DNA from: Bigelowiella natans CCMP2755
Taxonomy: Eukaryota; Protista; Cercozoa
DNA: 57,808 nucleotides
Assembly (NCBI GenBank): GCA_000320545.1
Contig: ADNK01002057.1
Location: 1 to 57,808 of the forward strand
Direction of reading: 5' to 3'
Both the position numbers and the translations under genes were made by a program. Positions within the stretch are counted from its first letter, which is position 1. Each line of letters begins with the position of its first letter. The notes below the pieces were generated by a model, which did no database searches, had not been told where the DNA came from, and was given only the letters and a program-made list of their open reading frames with translations. Below are positions 1 to 12,886 of this stretch, one piece after another.

Positions 1-89
1 AGGGGGGGGGGGGGGACGGATATTGACAACCAGAGAATGATGATTTCTGAAATGAGAAAGTGTTCCAACCCTCCTTTATTTAACGTTAG

Positions 90-2089
90 GGCCTGATCGT
101 TACTGATACGGTATACAGTGTGCCTCGAGACCCTCCGGAGGTTGGCTTGAATATAGATGAAGAAAAAGAAGAAGAAGAAGAAGGGGGAGGGGGGGAAGGA
201 CTGATATATTAAAACAGACCAAACATAGAGAAACAAACAGAAGATGGGGGAAAGGGCAGTATTCCTTGTAATAGGAGATTTGGACGAAACGATTACCTCG
301 CCACTCGTAAATAATCAGAAGTGAATTATTATTAATATATAGATATATGTAGGTTGTATCCGAGGCGCTGCTCTTGGACGTCGCGCCTGATGATCCGACA
401 AAACCTGTAGAGGATAGTCCGGTCATTAGACAACAAGCGTGGGCCAAGATGGCCTTGCTGGTGGCCTTCTTTATCCCGGCGAGGCAGCGAATAGTCGAGG
501 TCTGGATCAGTAGTAGGGAGGGGGGAGGGTAGTGAGCGTTTGTGGAGGGGAAGATGGAGCTTGGATTTTTCGTCGTGAGCGTCTCTAATTCATTCATAGT
601 GAAGAACGATGCTTTCGAGAGCACACGCACTTTTTCCAGCTTGTTCTCTTTATGTTAAGAAGAAGGAGGAAGAGTTAATCCCTCCAATGGTAGCATCCAT
701 CCTCTCACTGTTCGGAATTATCCTTGCTCCCTCATCCTCCTTCCCCTCCTCTACATACCTATCTCTTCGTTATTTCTCACTACTCTTTCTTGTTGACCTT
801 TTTCATCGCCCGAAAAAGGGAGGAAAGGCCGAGTGGCAGAGCGGCTATATGAAGGCAAATATAACCATCGTTGATGCCCTCCCTCTCTTCCCAACTCTCA
901 TCTCATACGATGAATGTCTGTCATCACAAACACACCGATTTACGAATTTTGCCCGGCAAAAAACAACACCATTATATCGTCACATCTACCACCATCACTA
1001 ACATCATCCCCTCTCTATCCGTGAGAGCGTAATATTTTGCGTCGACAACGAGGATGATGGTGATGTTTCAGAGCTTCGAGATGATAGCTGACGGGCTTCT
1101 CGTCTCACCTATCTTACAAGTACTGGATGGATACGAGAAAGAGCATGAGCACTGCTGCCTGAAGAAAGATAGCAATATTGCTGATATGATGATGATGATG
1201 ATGATGAATAATGGGGATGGGGAAGGGTAGTGGCGCAAAGTTATATGACAATATCAGAATGTAGGAGAGAGTATATTGGATGGCTGTTTTTTAATGTGTT
1301 TCTTTCTTCGGATTGTGTGTATTTCTAGAAATTGGTGTTCGAGAAGGCTGCACCAACAGTCAGAGAATGGGTGATAATATTTCATATCATATCATATGTA
1401 TCTTTTCACACGCATTTGCATAAAGCTACACTCACAGATGCACTGCTTCTGCTACTCATAAAATCATGTCACTGTAAATACGGACAACGCCCTGATATCA
1501 TATCGTGTCGTGTATCGCAACGTATCAGGTGGAAGAGGTTGCGAAGTGGCCTTTCACGCAAATATTTCCAGCCCATTACCAGGCTCCAGGTTTGTTGGCA
1601 CACAAGCTATCTGCTATAATATCATATTTTAGTATTATTTAGTTTTCCTATGATCGTGATAGTTCATGATCTTGTTCTTCCTGCTTCTCCTTCTCATTGC
1701 TCTATCATTGCAGTACAAGCTGGCCCTCGAGAGCTCAGAAAGGCGTTTGGCTTTGCTTATCCCAACGTTGAGGCAAGGGCATTGCCACATGAAGATATGA
1801 AGTATTCAGCACAACACTTATTACTACCACAGCAGTGATGATGAACCTTGATGACGACACTTGATAATATCGATGACAGCAATGAAGGCCGACTCATACG
1901 TCATATCTTCACATTGACTGATCTTTAAAAGAAGCAATCTTTCCAACAAAATTTTGCCTTCTTTTCTCGCCTCTCCCCCCCTGCTCCGCATTGCCTCTTC
2001 CATTTATTCTGGTCTCCTCCCCCTCATGAGCAACGCCTTTCAATAATCCGTCGCTAACCAAACACATCTCTCCTCTTAACACCTTGACG

Positions 2090-2123
<34 letters not shown>

Positions 2124-2490
2124 ATAGAACGCTGAACGACTTGGGGGAGGTCATCCAATCTGTAGGGAAAAGAGATGACGAGGTGCTGTTGGTCGAGCTG
2201 CTTATGATTGAATCACACATAAAACCTGACGAAAACATCACAGCATATTTATTGCCGTATGATTATTTATATGTGGGTGTATTATCATGGCGCAACCCAC
2301 CTTCGTTATTAGGTGTCGTTTGGTTTGTAATTTATGAGTGTGTATATGTATGTGTGTGTGTGTGATGTACACTTTGCTGGTGGCTCATATACAGCTATAT
2401 GGCAAGTTATTTGATAAATTCTTCAAAAATCTGTTCGTCACCAAACCTGGATGGTTGAAGGATAAAGGCGGGGAGGATGGCCGAAACTAA
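90..2490 (+). CDS. DUF4336-family protein, 3' part (spliced; start lies before the window)
   Basis: Hand-spliced exons read GLIVTDTVYSVPRDPPE|VVSEALLLDVAPDDPTKPVEDSPVIRQQAWAKMALLVAFFIP...KAEWQSGYMK|SFEMIADGLLVSPILQ|KLVFEKAAPTVREW|VEEVAKWPFTQIFPAHYQAP|VQAGPRELRKAFGF. These match the LLVTD, LxVxPIL and WxFxxIIPAHxxAP motifs of DUF4336. The last exon (LFDKFF...GRN*, TAA 2488-2490) is tentative. Confidence 0.75.
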
Positions 2491-3043
2491 TTGCAGGATC
2501 GAAGTGCTGAACTATTATGCACACGTGCTTCGGCATTAAATATGAACGCCCACACTGCCACATCCATGAATGCGAACGTACTTTGCACCTTCGCACATCT
2601 TTTAATGGTTTTAAATGGATGAAATTAACAAGACTCGGCTAGCAAGCTGAGATAAATTGCGTTGATTTTTATCATTCGTAATGGAAAGTAAATTGTCATG
2701 TCATCAGAGCACAGTTAAAAGCACTAACAGATAACTGCTTTCGCAATATTTAAATTGGTTTCGAGACCAAATATGTATGTTGTGCAAGCGAAATCAAAAA
2801 AGAAACCTAGTGTTTGCTTTATGATGCTAATGTTTGATGATGAGGCAACGCATCTCGCTTGCACTATAATTTTCATTTGCACGCATGCTAGCTTGTATAC
2901 ATTCACACATACTATGATACACTACATACCGCGTACGTAGGGTTTACAATAACTTAGTCTGACGCAGGAGCGCGTATTGTAATGCATGTCATGGTTTACA
3001 TTATTAACAACGCATCTAACTGAGTGTAGTATAGTTTGTATTC

Positions 3044-3134
3044 GATACAACTTAAGCGCTGTAGCCGCTGCATTGCACAGCTACATTAGGATGACTATTG
3101 AAAAAAAAATTAAACATTTCATTACATCCGTCTC
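3044..3134 (+). mobile_element. 5'-truncated LINE 3'-end insertion with 13-bp target-site duplication
   Basis: Homologous to the 3' end of the LINE at 46371-46515 (...AAGCGCTGTAGCCGCTGCATTGCACAGCTACAT...CATTTCATTACATCCGTCTC). Flanked by the direct repeat ATAGTTTGTATTC at 3031-3043 and 3135-3147. Confidence 0.85.
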
Positions 3135-3467
3135 ATAGTTTGTATTCATTGTTCGTTGTGCGTGCAAGTGTTGTTTGTGTGCTAGTGTGTTGCCCAAACA
3201 AAATTTAGCTTCGCTACGCTTGTCCTATTTGCACGCTGGATATTTGCATGCTGTCGCTCGAGCATGGCAGTGCTGGCGCCGTCAAACGATAACCGCGGGT
3301 AAGACTAGACCAATCATGCATCATTTAACATTAAGCAACTTCAGCAAAAGCGGTATGATGCATCGCAACAAGAAAATAATACTATGCTTTAGTTTTATTA
3401 TTGATAATTCTATAAGCGTGAGCATCATCACATCCATTGCAGCGGCAGATAGCTAGCTGCGACTGTA

Positions 3468-6400
3468 TTACTCAATTCTTTGTCTTTTGTTGGAATTATT
3501 TTGACTACTCGCATCCTCGTTACTACTACTACTACTGCTACTCTTGTTTTTGTTATTTTCATCATCGTTAGTAGTAGCAGTAGTAGTAGCGGTAGTAGCA
3601 GCAGCAGCAGTATCCACAGTCATACTATGGGTACCCACAAGTGATTCTTCTCCAACATTCGAAGCAGCAGCAGCAGCAGCAGCAGCCGCATCATGCGACA
3701 ACTCGATGGAAGAAGGTCTTGAACTTGTTGGTTGGTCGTTCACAGCTCTTTCTTTGTCGTTGATGGCATCATATCTATTCTCATTTCCTCCCTCTGCTTC
3801 TGCACGTTGTTGTTGTGGTTGTTGTACATGATGAGGTTGGCCTGTCACTGATGCTGCTGCTTCTGTCACGACTCGAGCTGTATTATCACTTTGATTCGGC
3901 GCCTGAGCAGTGAGTTTGGTATCTGAGTCAGAGTTGGCAATCATCTTGGGGGGGATCTCCTGCTGCTGCTGCTGCTGCTGCTGTTCGTCTTGTTGTTGTT
4001 CTTCTTCTTGTTGTTGTTGTTTGGGAGTAGTAGTAGAAGTAGTAGGCCTATTCATCATCATATTCGAGGTCACTGGTTGCTGATGCCTTTTCTTTTCCTC
4101 CTCCTCCTGTTGCTGCTGCTGCTGCTGCTGCCCTGTTGGTGGCATGACATCGGAATGCTGATGTTGTTGTTGATGATTACGATGATGGAGGGCAGAAGAT
4201 GGTGCTGCTGTTTCTAGTGCTGCTACTCTGAATGTTTGTTGATGGAGTGGTGGAAGAGGGAGGGAGGGAGGGAGGGAGGGAGGGAGGGAGGGAGGGAGGG
4301 AGGAGGAGGAGAAGGACGACGATGCGCACCCTGCTGCTGTTGTTGTTGTTGTTGCTGTTGTTGTTGTTGCTCAGAAGCAGGATGCTCATAAACCATCACC
4401 TGTTGCTGCTGCTGCTGCTGCTGCTGTGGGCGCCTTCTATGAATAAAGCCCCTTCTCGGATGAAAATAAGTTTGTTGAGTTGTTCCAATGCCGCGTCTAG
4501 ACGTGTTGTTGTCGTCGTCGTTGTTGCTTTTAGTGCTGTTACCACTGCTGCTACTAACATCTCTCCCCACCCCGATAACGGAGGTATTTCCAGTGTGCAG
4601 CTGATGATGGCGTTGCTGCTGCTGCATTCGAGCAGCACTGGTTTCATACCCAACAAACGAGGATGATGATGATGATGATGGCTCCGCTGAGGTTTGATAA
4701 CGATGATGCTGCTGCTGCTGCTGATGATGATGGTGATTTTGTCGGTGATATGAGGGGTGGTGCTGCTGGTGCTGTTGGAGCTCCTGATAGCTTCTCTGTT
4801 GTTCTTCCTGCTGCAGTATCATCTGTGCCTCTTCTCTCAAACGGCTGCTCTGTTGCTCATGAAGACGCTGTTGTTGCTGCTGCTGCATCGATCCAAGGTA
4901 GGAAGAAGAAAGAGGAGGCCTATCATACATCACCATTGCCGCTTGTTGCTGCTGCCGATGATGAGGATGATATCGATCTCTTTCGCTGCTGTCCAACCCT
5001 TTCTCTTCTTCCTCGTCGTTTACATCATAGTGCATGATCTCCCTCCCTGCTACAGCGTATCGTCGTTCATCGTGATAGTACCCTCCTCCTTGCTGCTGTT
5101 GTCGTCTATGCTGCTCCATCATATAGTCCTCCGGATTATGATGATGGCCATGGACACCGTCCTCCATTGAGGAAGACGATTGTATGGAGGTGAAATGATG
5201 ATGGGATTGTTGTAGTTGATGCTGGTGATGAGGGAGAGGAGGAGGAGGCGGAGGAGGAGGAGGAGGTGGGTAAAGAGAGTGATGATGGTGGGGTGAAATC
5301 ATCACCTTGCTGCCTGCCATTTGCTGTTGTTGAGCAGCTAGCGAAGAAGAACGCAGCTCTGATAAATCCCCACCACCACGATTGTGCAGCATGTATTGGT
5401 CATGATCGAGTGGAGGATTGTGATGATAAGGAGGAGGAGGAGGAGGAGGAGGGCCGCCGCTTTGATGGTGACGACGATGATGAGGAGACAGCTGCTGCAA
5501 GATACCCTCAGAATCGTCGTCTGGTTGGCGCTGTTGTTGTTGTTGTTGTTGCTGCTGCTGCTGCTGCTGCGTCGTCAGAAGAAGCGAGTTGCTGCTCTTC
5601 CCATGGCGTTGATTATAAAGCATGAGCTGCCGTTTGAATCGTACCTTGTCCTCCTTCGCCAGTTCATAATACGGCCCCTTCATGTCAGGGAGGAGCTGCC
5701 TCCACATCTCACCAGTCACCTGCGCTATTGTCTTGCCCTCGTTCTTGGCTCTTGCCGTGAGCTCTTTTCCCCTCAATCTTTTGAACTCGGCGACGAAGCA
5801 CTTGTACGGTGTCTTCATGCTGACGGGGTAATCCTTCGGCTTGTTGCTGCGCTTTCTCGATGCCTTCTTCCCTATTTTGGCCTCCTCTCCGCCGCCGCTA
5901 TCGATACCAGCACCACCCGAGGAGCCGCTTCCCCCCTTCTTTGATTGCTTGAAGACATCTTCCACTTGTTTCTTCAGGCATTTCTGAACCAAGTCCGCCC
6001 CGCAAATATCCTGTGCTAACGTCAAGATCTCCTGGCGCAGCTGTGCATTGATCGGGACCAGGTAGAACTCGGAGAGTTTCCCCCATAGCTCCTTGCATGT
6101 GGCCGCGTCTAGATTGCGATTCCTAAGGGAAGAGGACGAGTAGGACGAGAGCTTGTTGTATACGGTTTCAATGAAGCTTTTGGCGGTGGGAAGAGACGAA
6201 GATTGGTTGCGTTTCCTCTTCTTCGCTTTGTCGCTGCTGTCAGCTTGCACCTCTCCCTCTCCAATGTTGTGCTTGTTCGCCGCGATGATCTCCTTCGCGT
6301 CACCAAACTTATACTTAATCTTTTTCTTTATGCAGCACTTTGGACACTGGAAGGACTTGTTGCTCTGCTTGTCAGCCTGCTCCTGCGTCATGTTTATACA

Positions 6401-9400
6401 CTTGGGATGGTACCACTCGTCGCACTCGTCGCAGCCTATCATGAATACGCCGTCAACCCACTCGGACTGGCACAAGCAGTATCTCGTCACAAAGCTCTTT
6501 GCGTGCTCCAGATCGTCTGCCTCAACAAGAAGTTGCGAATTCCTGTCGAATTCGGCCTGATCGATCAAGTCTTGGAACACGTGCTTCGGTGCCTTCTCCT
6601 TGATGGCATCTGCAAGCCTGTCGCTCCACTTGGCAGCCCGCTCTATCTCGACCTCGATTCGAAGCGTCCAGTGTGATACGGTGTCGCCACAGTCATTCCT
6701 GCGTTGGAGTATGAGCTTGCGGAGCTTTGCTAGCGTATCTTTGTTGTTGATGGCTTTTTGCTCCTTCTGCATCCATTTCTTCACGTTGGACACTCGCGAC
6801 GCCACCTTGTGGAGGGAGTCGAAGTTTATGCATGGAAACTTTGACTTGGCGATCTCCTGGAGCTCGATGAGGTCGTAGATCATGTGCCGTTCCCTTTCGA
6901 GCACCTTGGTAGAGGCAGCCACCCACTCACCCGCTTCCTTGACAAATGCGGAGAATCGGGCCCAATCACGGTTGCTGCTGTTGTATTTCTGGACATGCTT
7001 TCCTTCCTTCGTGCTCTGGAGCTCCGAAAACACGTGAATCAGCTCCTTAAAGCTTACCATTTTCTTTTTCTTCGACGCTGCTATCGTCGTTGATGTCTTG
7101 CTCGCATTTCCTCCTCTTACTCCTCCTTCCCCTCCGCCCGCAGGCGGCTTGTTGCTATTATTACTACTACCGCCATTATCGTTTAAGGCGAGAATTCGTC
7201 GTGCTTTTTCCAATCTGAGCATCATTCGAATATGGTCTTCTAGCATATCTTTCGCTGGGATCTCCATCGGGATGGAAAGGCTCTTGCGATGAAAGCTCTG
7301 CAGCACTTCTACATCATCGAGGCGGCTCATGATCTTGCTCTTCTCCTCCTCGTCGACGTCCTTCTTCTTCTCATCCTTTTTAGCAGCGGTAGCAGCATCA
7401 CCTTCAACATTATCGGTTGTTTGCGGAGGGGATTGTGCTTGTTGTGATAAGGCACCCGTCTTCGTTTCGCCGTTGCTATTGCCGTCGTCGTCGTCGTTGT
7501 TGTTGTTGTTGTTTCTGTTGCTGCTGCAATCTTCAAAGGGCAGCAGTGGTTGATCCTGGGCGTAAGTATTTGGTCCAAGACTGCGAATAGCCACTTTACC
7601 TTCCCTCAATAGTTTAGATGGGGAGGAAAACTCTACAGCAACATCATCATCATCATCATCATCATCCTTATCTTTCATATTCACATCTCCGTCCTCCTCC
7701 TTCATCTTGCTTTCTCCATCAGCAGCAGCAGCATCGTCGTCACCGTGCTTGGATTGTTGCTGCTGCTGCTGTGATGATGACGATGACGATGGCGACCTGA
7801 GTAAAATAGCGACTTGTTCGATCCATTTGCGGGCATGCTGGAGATGTCGGCCAACTACGAGGTATTCCATCGAGATAACACCCTCCGGAGACTGGGAGAA
7901 TAGCTCCTCCACTTCCGCAAAAGAAGGCCCTTTCGAGCGAATACGCCTTTTAGATGGCACTTTGTCTCTGAACATAAACGGAGTCTTTAATTTGTACGAG
8001 CAGCTCGGACAGTAAAATTTCTTCGAGATATTGAGACGGCGCGTCGCCTCCTGCTTGGTGCTGTTGAGGCAAATTGGGTGAAACCATTCTTGGCAGCTTT
8101 CGCACTCCATCATGAATTGCCCATCTTGATATGCCTCTTGGCAGTAACAGAAGAGCTGCTCGTTCTCACCCAGCTCCTTTTCAATCGTTTGCTTCTTCTT
8201 CTTGGTCTTTGTTGCTGCGACAACCAGATTCCTATACTCAATCCTTGCTGAGCCCCGCCTCGAAGACCTTCGTGACATTGCCTCTTCTTCCTCCTCCTCC
8301 TCCTCGTTGTCCTCTTCCATTTTACTTGCATCCTTCTCCTCTTCCTGACCTGCCCCCTCCTTCTTCGTGCTGGGGATTTGCTTCTTACTGTTGTCGCCTC
8401 TGCCTTCACCTTCGTCAGAACGTGCTTTCTTGTCTTCATGACTGCCGATTTTCCTTTTCTTTGACGAAGACAACGATGACGATGATATTATCGCAGCAGA
8501 TGAGCCTTCTTCACCTGCATGGTCGCTGCTAGTTGGTAATTGCGCGTAAAGGGGCTCGAAGTCATACACAGTGGATCTCCCAAGGATGCTCTTCGCAGAC
8601 GTCGACCGAGCACCGTATCGCTTCGAAAACAACTCGCGCGCCTTCTCAACCCACTGCAGGCCTTTCAATACGCGCTCCTGAATCCTTAGGATGAGTTGCT
8701 TGTATCTTGCAAAGTAGTGTTGTTGCTCCCCGGTCCTCCTTGCGCGGTGGCGGTGGCTGCTGTCACCAACTTCTTCTCTTTCTTCGTCCTCGTCGTCGGT
8801 GAGCTCGAATTCCTCTCTCAGCTGCCTCCATCGATCTAGCACATCAATCAGCTCTTGAATCTTGCTAGGCTTACTCAGCAACCGCTGTGCACTTTCATGC
8901 CATTCTAAGCGTCTTACGTATGCCGTCATGTCCTCAATTTCATCCAGATACACTTTCAATCGCTTCCCCGCTTCCAGTAGCTCTCTGCTTCGATTCAACG
9001 CCCACGATTCCTTCAACGCTTCCTGCGCCATCTTGACCCATTCCTTGGCCTTTTGTACTCTCTTCTTCACGAAGTCGATCTGTTTGTCGGACTCCTCTTG
9101 ATCTGAGAGCCCTGTGAGAATGATGTTTGAATAATCCCTCTGCTGTTGTTGTTTTTGTTGACCCTCCTCACCCTCCTCCTGTTGCTGCTCTTCCAGAGGC
9201 ATCATCGACACCTTCTCCACGTCGTCTACTCTCCCTAGCAAGTCCTCAAGTTCTTCAATACTTGGCCTATCCTCATCTTCATTGACGCGATAGGCTCTAC
9301 GGGATCTCTTCTTGCTTCTGCTTTTGTCGCTGGAAGGTGGAACGTCCAGCAGCTTCTCGTAAGCCTTATGCCATGCTTTCGCAATTTCGAGTCGCTGATG

Positions 9401-12198
9401 CAAGCTCCTGAGAGGCTCTTCTTGTCGGGAATGACCGATGCTGTTTAGGTTGGTCACCAGCTCCTTCAACTGCTTCAGGCCTACGCATGTCTTGCCTTCC
9501 ATCGCCTCGTTTGCGCGCATGAGAAGTCCATCCAGCTTGTTAAGGAATCCTTGTGCGTGGGTTACCTTGGGGATGTGAAGTAGCCAGAGAGGATTCATCG
9601 TCCTTTTCTTCTTCTTCTTCTTGTTCTTCTTATTCATCTTCTCTTCCACCTTCATCATTGTGCCTTCTGCTGCTGGCTTGGCTTTTAGAATCTTGGGAGC
9701 GGGGCGCTTGAATTCGGGCTGTTCTTTTTTCACCACCTTCCTGACTACTGCTGGGGATTCTTCTCCCTCTTCATCTTTATTCTGCTCCTTTTTTACCATG
9801 GCACCATCATCCTCACCACCACCACCACCACTACCAACATCGATACTGTCATCCTCATCGTCGCCGTCTCCTTCACTGGAAAGGTACCTAGTCCCATAGT
9901 CAACCATGAGTCGCCTCAGCTGAACAAGACTCTTCTTTCGCTCCTTTTGCTCCCTTTCCTTGTAGTTCTTGCTCTCCAAAGACTTCAAGGTTCTGTTAAG
10001 TTTCGTCCTGAAGTCCTTCCCAACTTTCACGATATTCAGCAGCCCTGCCAAGGGATCCCTCCCCGGAGATAACCGGATATCAGATAACTGTGACTGCTGC
10101 TGGAACAGCTGCTGCGCTTTGCTTAAAGAGATCGAATGCTCCAAAATCTCCCTCCCCTCCCCACCGTCTTGGTCATTTTTAACGATGACGCCACCCACCG
10201 ACAACAGGTTGGATTCAGCAAAGAAGGTTCTTACTTGCGCTTCCCATCCCTCACTCTTCTTCACTATCTGTAAAAGCTGATTTTCGGCCTCAAAATGAAC
10301 TCGCAGGCTCTTTAGCTCTTCAAGCAATGCAAGTATCTTGGACACCGTAGTTTTCTTGTTTGAGTACAATCTCTTCGCCCTTCTTTCCAGTCCCTGTGCC
10401 CTCAATATCCTTTGTTGGAGCTTCTTAACCAGTTTTTCCTTGATAGGCGGGTTAGATTTGCACGCATCTTCGACAAGCTCTTCCAGTTCTGGGAGCCATG
10501 GGCCCCGGCGGCCTTTGTTGGTCGCCTTTTGATAAAGAGTTTGGTATTTCTCAAGCCATTTGAAGGACTCTAGCTCTCGGCGTAAGGATTCCATCTGTGG
10601 GGTCTGTAGCTTCAGCCCGGTACCCTGAGCTAGTAAGTTCATGATCTTGCGTTTCGTCTGCAAGGCTTTTGACCCGTCCCCGTCTCCTCGAACAAACATG
10701 TCGACCTCCTTAGCAAATTTGCTCGCTTGTTCCACGTTATGTTCCATGTCGTTCTTGGCATTGACATTGATGAAACTAGCTCGAGTATCTAGCTGCCGCA
10801 GCCATGCTTGAGCATCATGGAGTCGTAGCGGGGTGTTTGCGCGCGATGAGACTCTCGAGTGACCCCTTTTGCGGCTCTTGGAAAAGTCAAAGCTTGAATT
10901 GAATGTAGTAACAAGCTGAACAGCATCTCTGAGTTGCGAAACCTCCGGGACGACGACTTGAGGGAATTCGTTTTTCGCTGCATTCAACCTTCGCCTGGCC
11001 TCTGTTAGAGAAATGACCTTTGTCGTCCCATTTAATATGGGCTCTATGTCATCGATCCATTGTCTGCAGACATCTCGCAATTCTTTGAGTTCTTTGTACT
11101 CCTCCAGCTCGAGTAAAGGTAGCATTGTATCGGCTTTATGCACTAACTCTTCAACTTGCCGAAATGTTCCACCTCCTTGGTGGCCTAGAATCTTGAGTGC
11201 ATTTTTCTTCCATATGTCAGCGCGAGATTTCAGCTCCTTTATAAAGTTTATCGAACCCAGCCTGGACTTATTTCCCCGAGCTAATTCATCTTTGTAGTCT
11301 TGGATGAGGTTGTCGAGCTCTTCTACGTCGCGTCTGGACCCAAGTTCCTTCTTTGCCTACAAACAAAAGGGACGACATGCATCTTAGAACAACATGGATA
11401 TCGATTAGAGTCTAGTCTTGCTATTGCTGTTATTCTTGTGACCCTATCGTGGAGCTTTTGTACAGCCTTTCTCACAAATTTCCTCCGTTTTTCTTCATAG
11501 TTTTGCCTCTTGCAAGCAGCGTCCAACTGTTGATTAATAATGGAAGCCTTGGCCCTGTAACAGCAAGTGACAGGATTTTAGTAGCTGTTTCAAACGCTCA
11601 TCCAAAAATAATCAACTTTGGAATATCATAATCGCATTTCTTGAGTGTGGCCAGCGTAGCATCAGGATATTGCTTGCATCCATCTGGAAGTTGCTTTGAC
11701 ACATCCTTTGAAAACGAAAGATACTCTTCGACCTGTGTTGAAGAGGGGGAGCTATATTAGGCCTCGAGAATGCCATAAATTCTAAACTTAAAGAACACAT
11801 ACTGCTTTACAATCAGTCCGATCGGGATCCCAGACTTGCTGGCACATTATAGTGCGCCTAAGGGAGATCTGAGTAGCGAAAATAATGATTCAGGCAAAAA
11901 ATAATGATAAGGAATAATCTTTCCACCTTCCTCAAATCTACGTCGTCTTTATCCCAATCACAATCTAGCTTGCGAGCCATTCCCTTCACTTTTTCTATGT
12001 GACTTGCGGTAGGCATCTCCAAGAGCACCTTCGTCTTAATCTCACACTAGAACCGGTGCAAAACACAAAATGAATACACACACAAATCAAGATGATAGGA
12101 AGATTGACCTGGAATTTCTGACCAGCAGTGTCAACTCGTGACTCCCGTGGAGGGAACCGGCTAGCGACTTCATCTAAGTGGGGAAGATAATGTATCAT
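3468..12198 (-). CDS. Large chromatin protein: ELM2-like N-terminus, PLU-1-like helical region, two PHD fingers, HMG box, poly-Q/H/P C-terminus (KDM5-related, no JmjC seen)
   Basis: Short 5' exons give MIHYLP...ESRVDTAGQKFQ...QVWDPDRTDCKA|VEEYL...ATLATLKKCDYDIPKA (ELM2-like). One very large exon starts at 11356. PHD1 is CYCQ..MMECESCQEWFHPIC..FYCPSC (~7995-8150). PHD2 is YCLCQ..MIGCDECDEWYHPKC..FQCPKC (~6335-6480). The HMG box is PYKCFVAEF..GEMWRQL..KGPYYELAKEDKVRF (~5615-5835). The frame shifts inside a (GGGA)n tract at ~4257-4300 and continues open to the stop at 3468. Confidence 0.8.
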
Positions 12199-12886
12199 TC
12201 TGAGACGTAAGGAAATGTGATGATAACTTACATGTGAAGTCCTCGGCGCGGTTGTTACCAGACTGGAGTGGAGAGGCAGAGGAGGTGTTTTTCACCATCC
12301 TTTCACTTGGCTGCCTCCCGCGCGGCTGAGTAAAACGTGGAGCTCAACGCTAAATGCTGAGCAACAGCGTGTGCCCGCCTAGTTGCCTTGAGAGTGTCTT
12401 TGCCAGGTGTAAGTAGCGAGCTGTTCCTTGTTGTTGTAATGGCTGTTTTGAAACATGACCTGAAAAATAGGAAGTATTGTGGTTATTTATTCACAAATAC
12501 ATATCTGTAGAACTCGCGGCATATTCGAAATGAGAGGGAGGAAAATTAATGTGCCTAAATTATCCAATTATTGTCAGTGAACTGATCCGTAATTTTTAGA
12601 TCTACTTCCGATTATTTCTCGGATTCCTGTGCTTCGCGCGCTTCGCTTTGGATCACGAGGCGAATATCTAGGAAATCCAGGAAATCTCGAGATATTCTGA
12701 CTCTACAAACACAACCAATGGTGTGACTAATTTCCAAACAGGGGTAGTTTTGTGTGGAAGACTTGATATTTGATCCATATTTCAATGAAAATCTCTGGTA
12801 GAATTCCTGTCCAACTAACCTAGTTGGGCTGTGTTTGTACATTTAAAAAAGACAAGCACCCCGAAGTCGAAGCCAAGGGGGAGGGG

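Noticed and set aside
3468-4145. ORF 3468-4145 as an independent gene
   Set aside because: Its frame is open upstream to the (GGGA)n tract, and its composition continues the preceding ORF.
12230-12460. Upstream ATGs (12298, ~12456) as the start of the chromatin gene
   Set aside because: These frames hit stops either directly or after the evident splice. They were treated as 5' UTR or uORFs.
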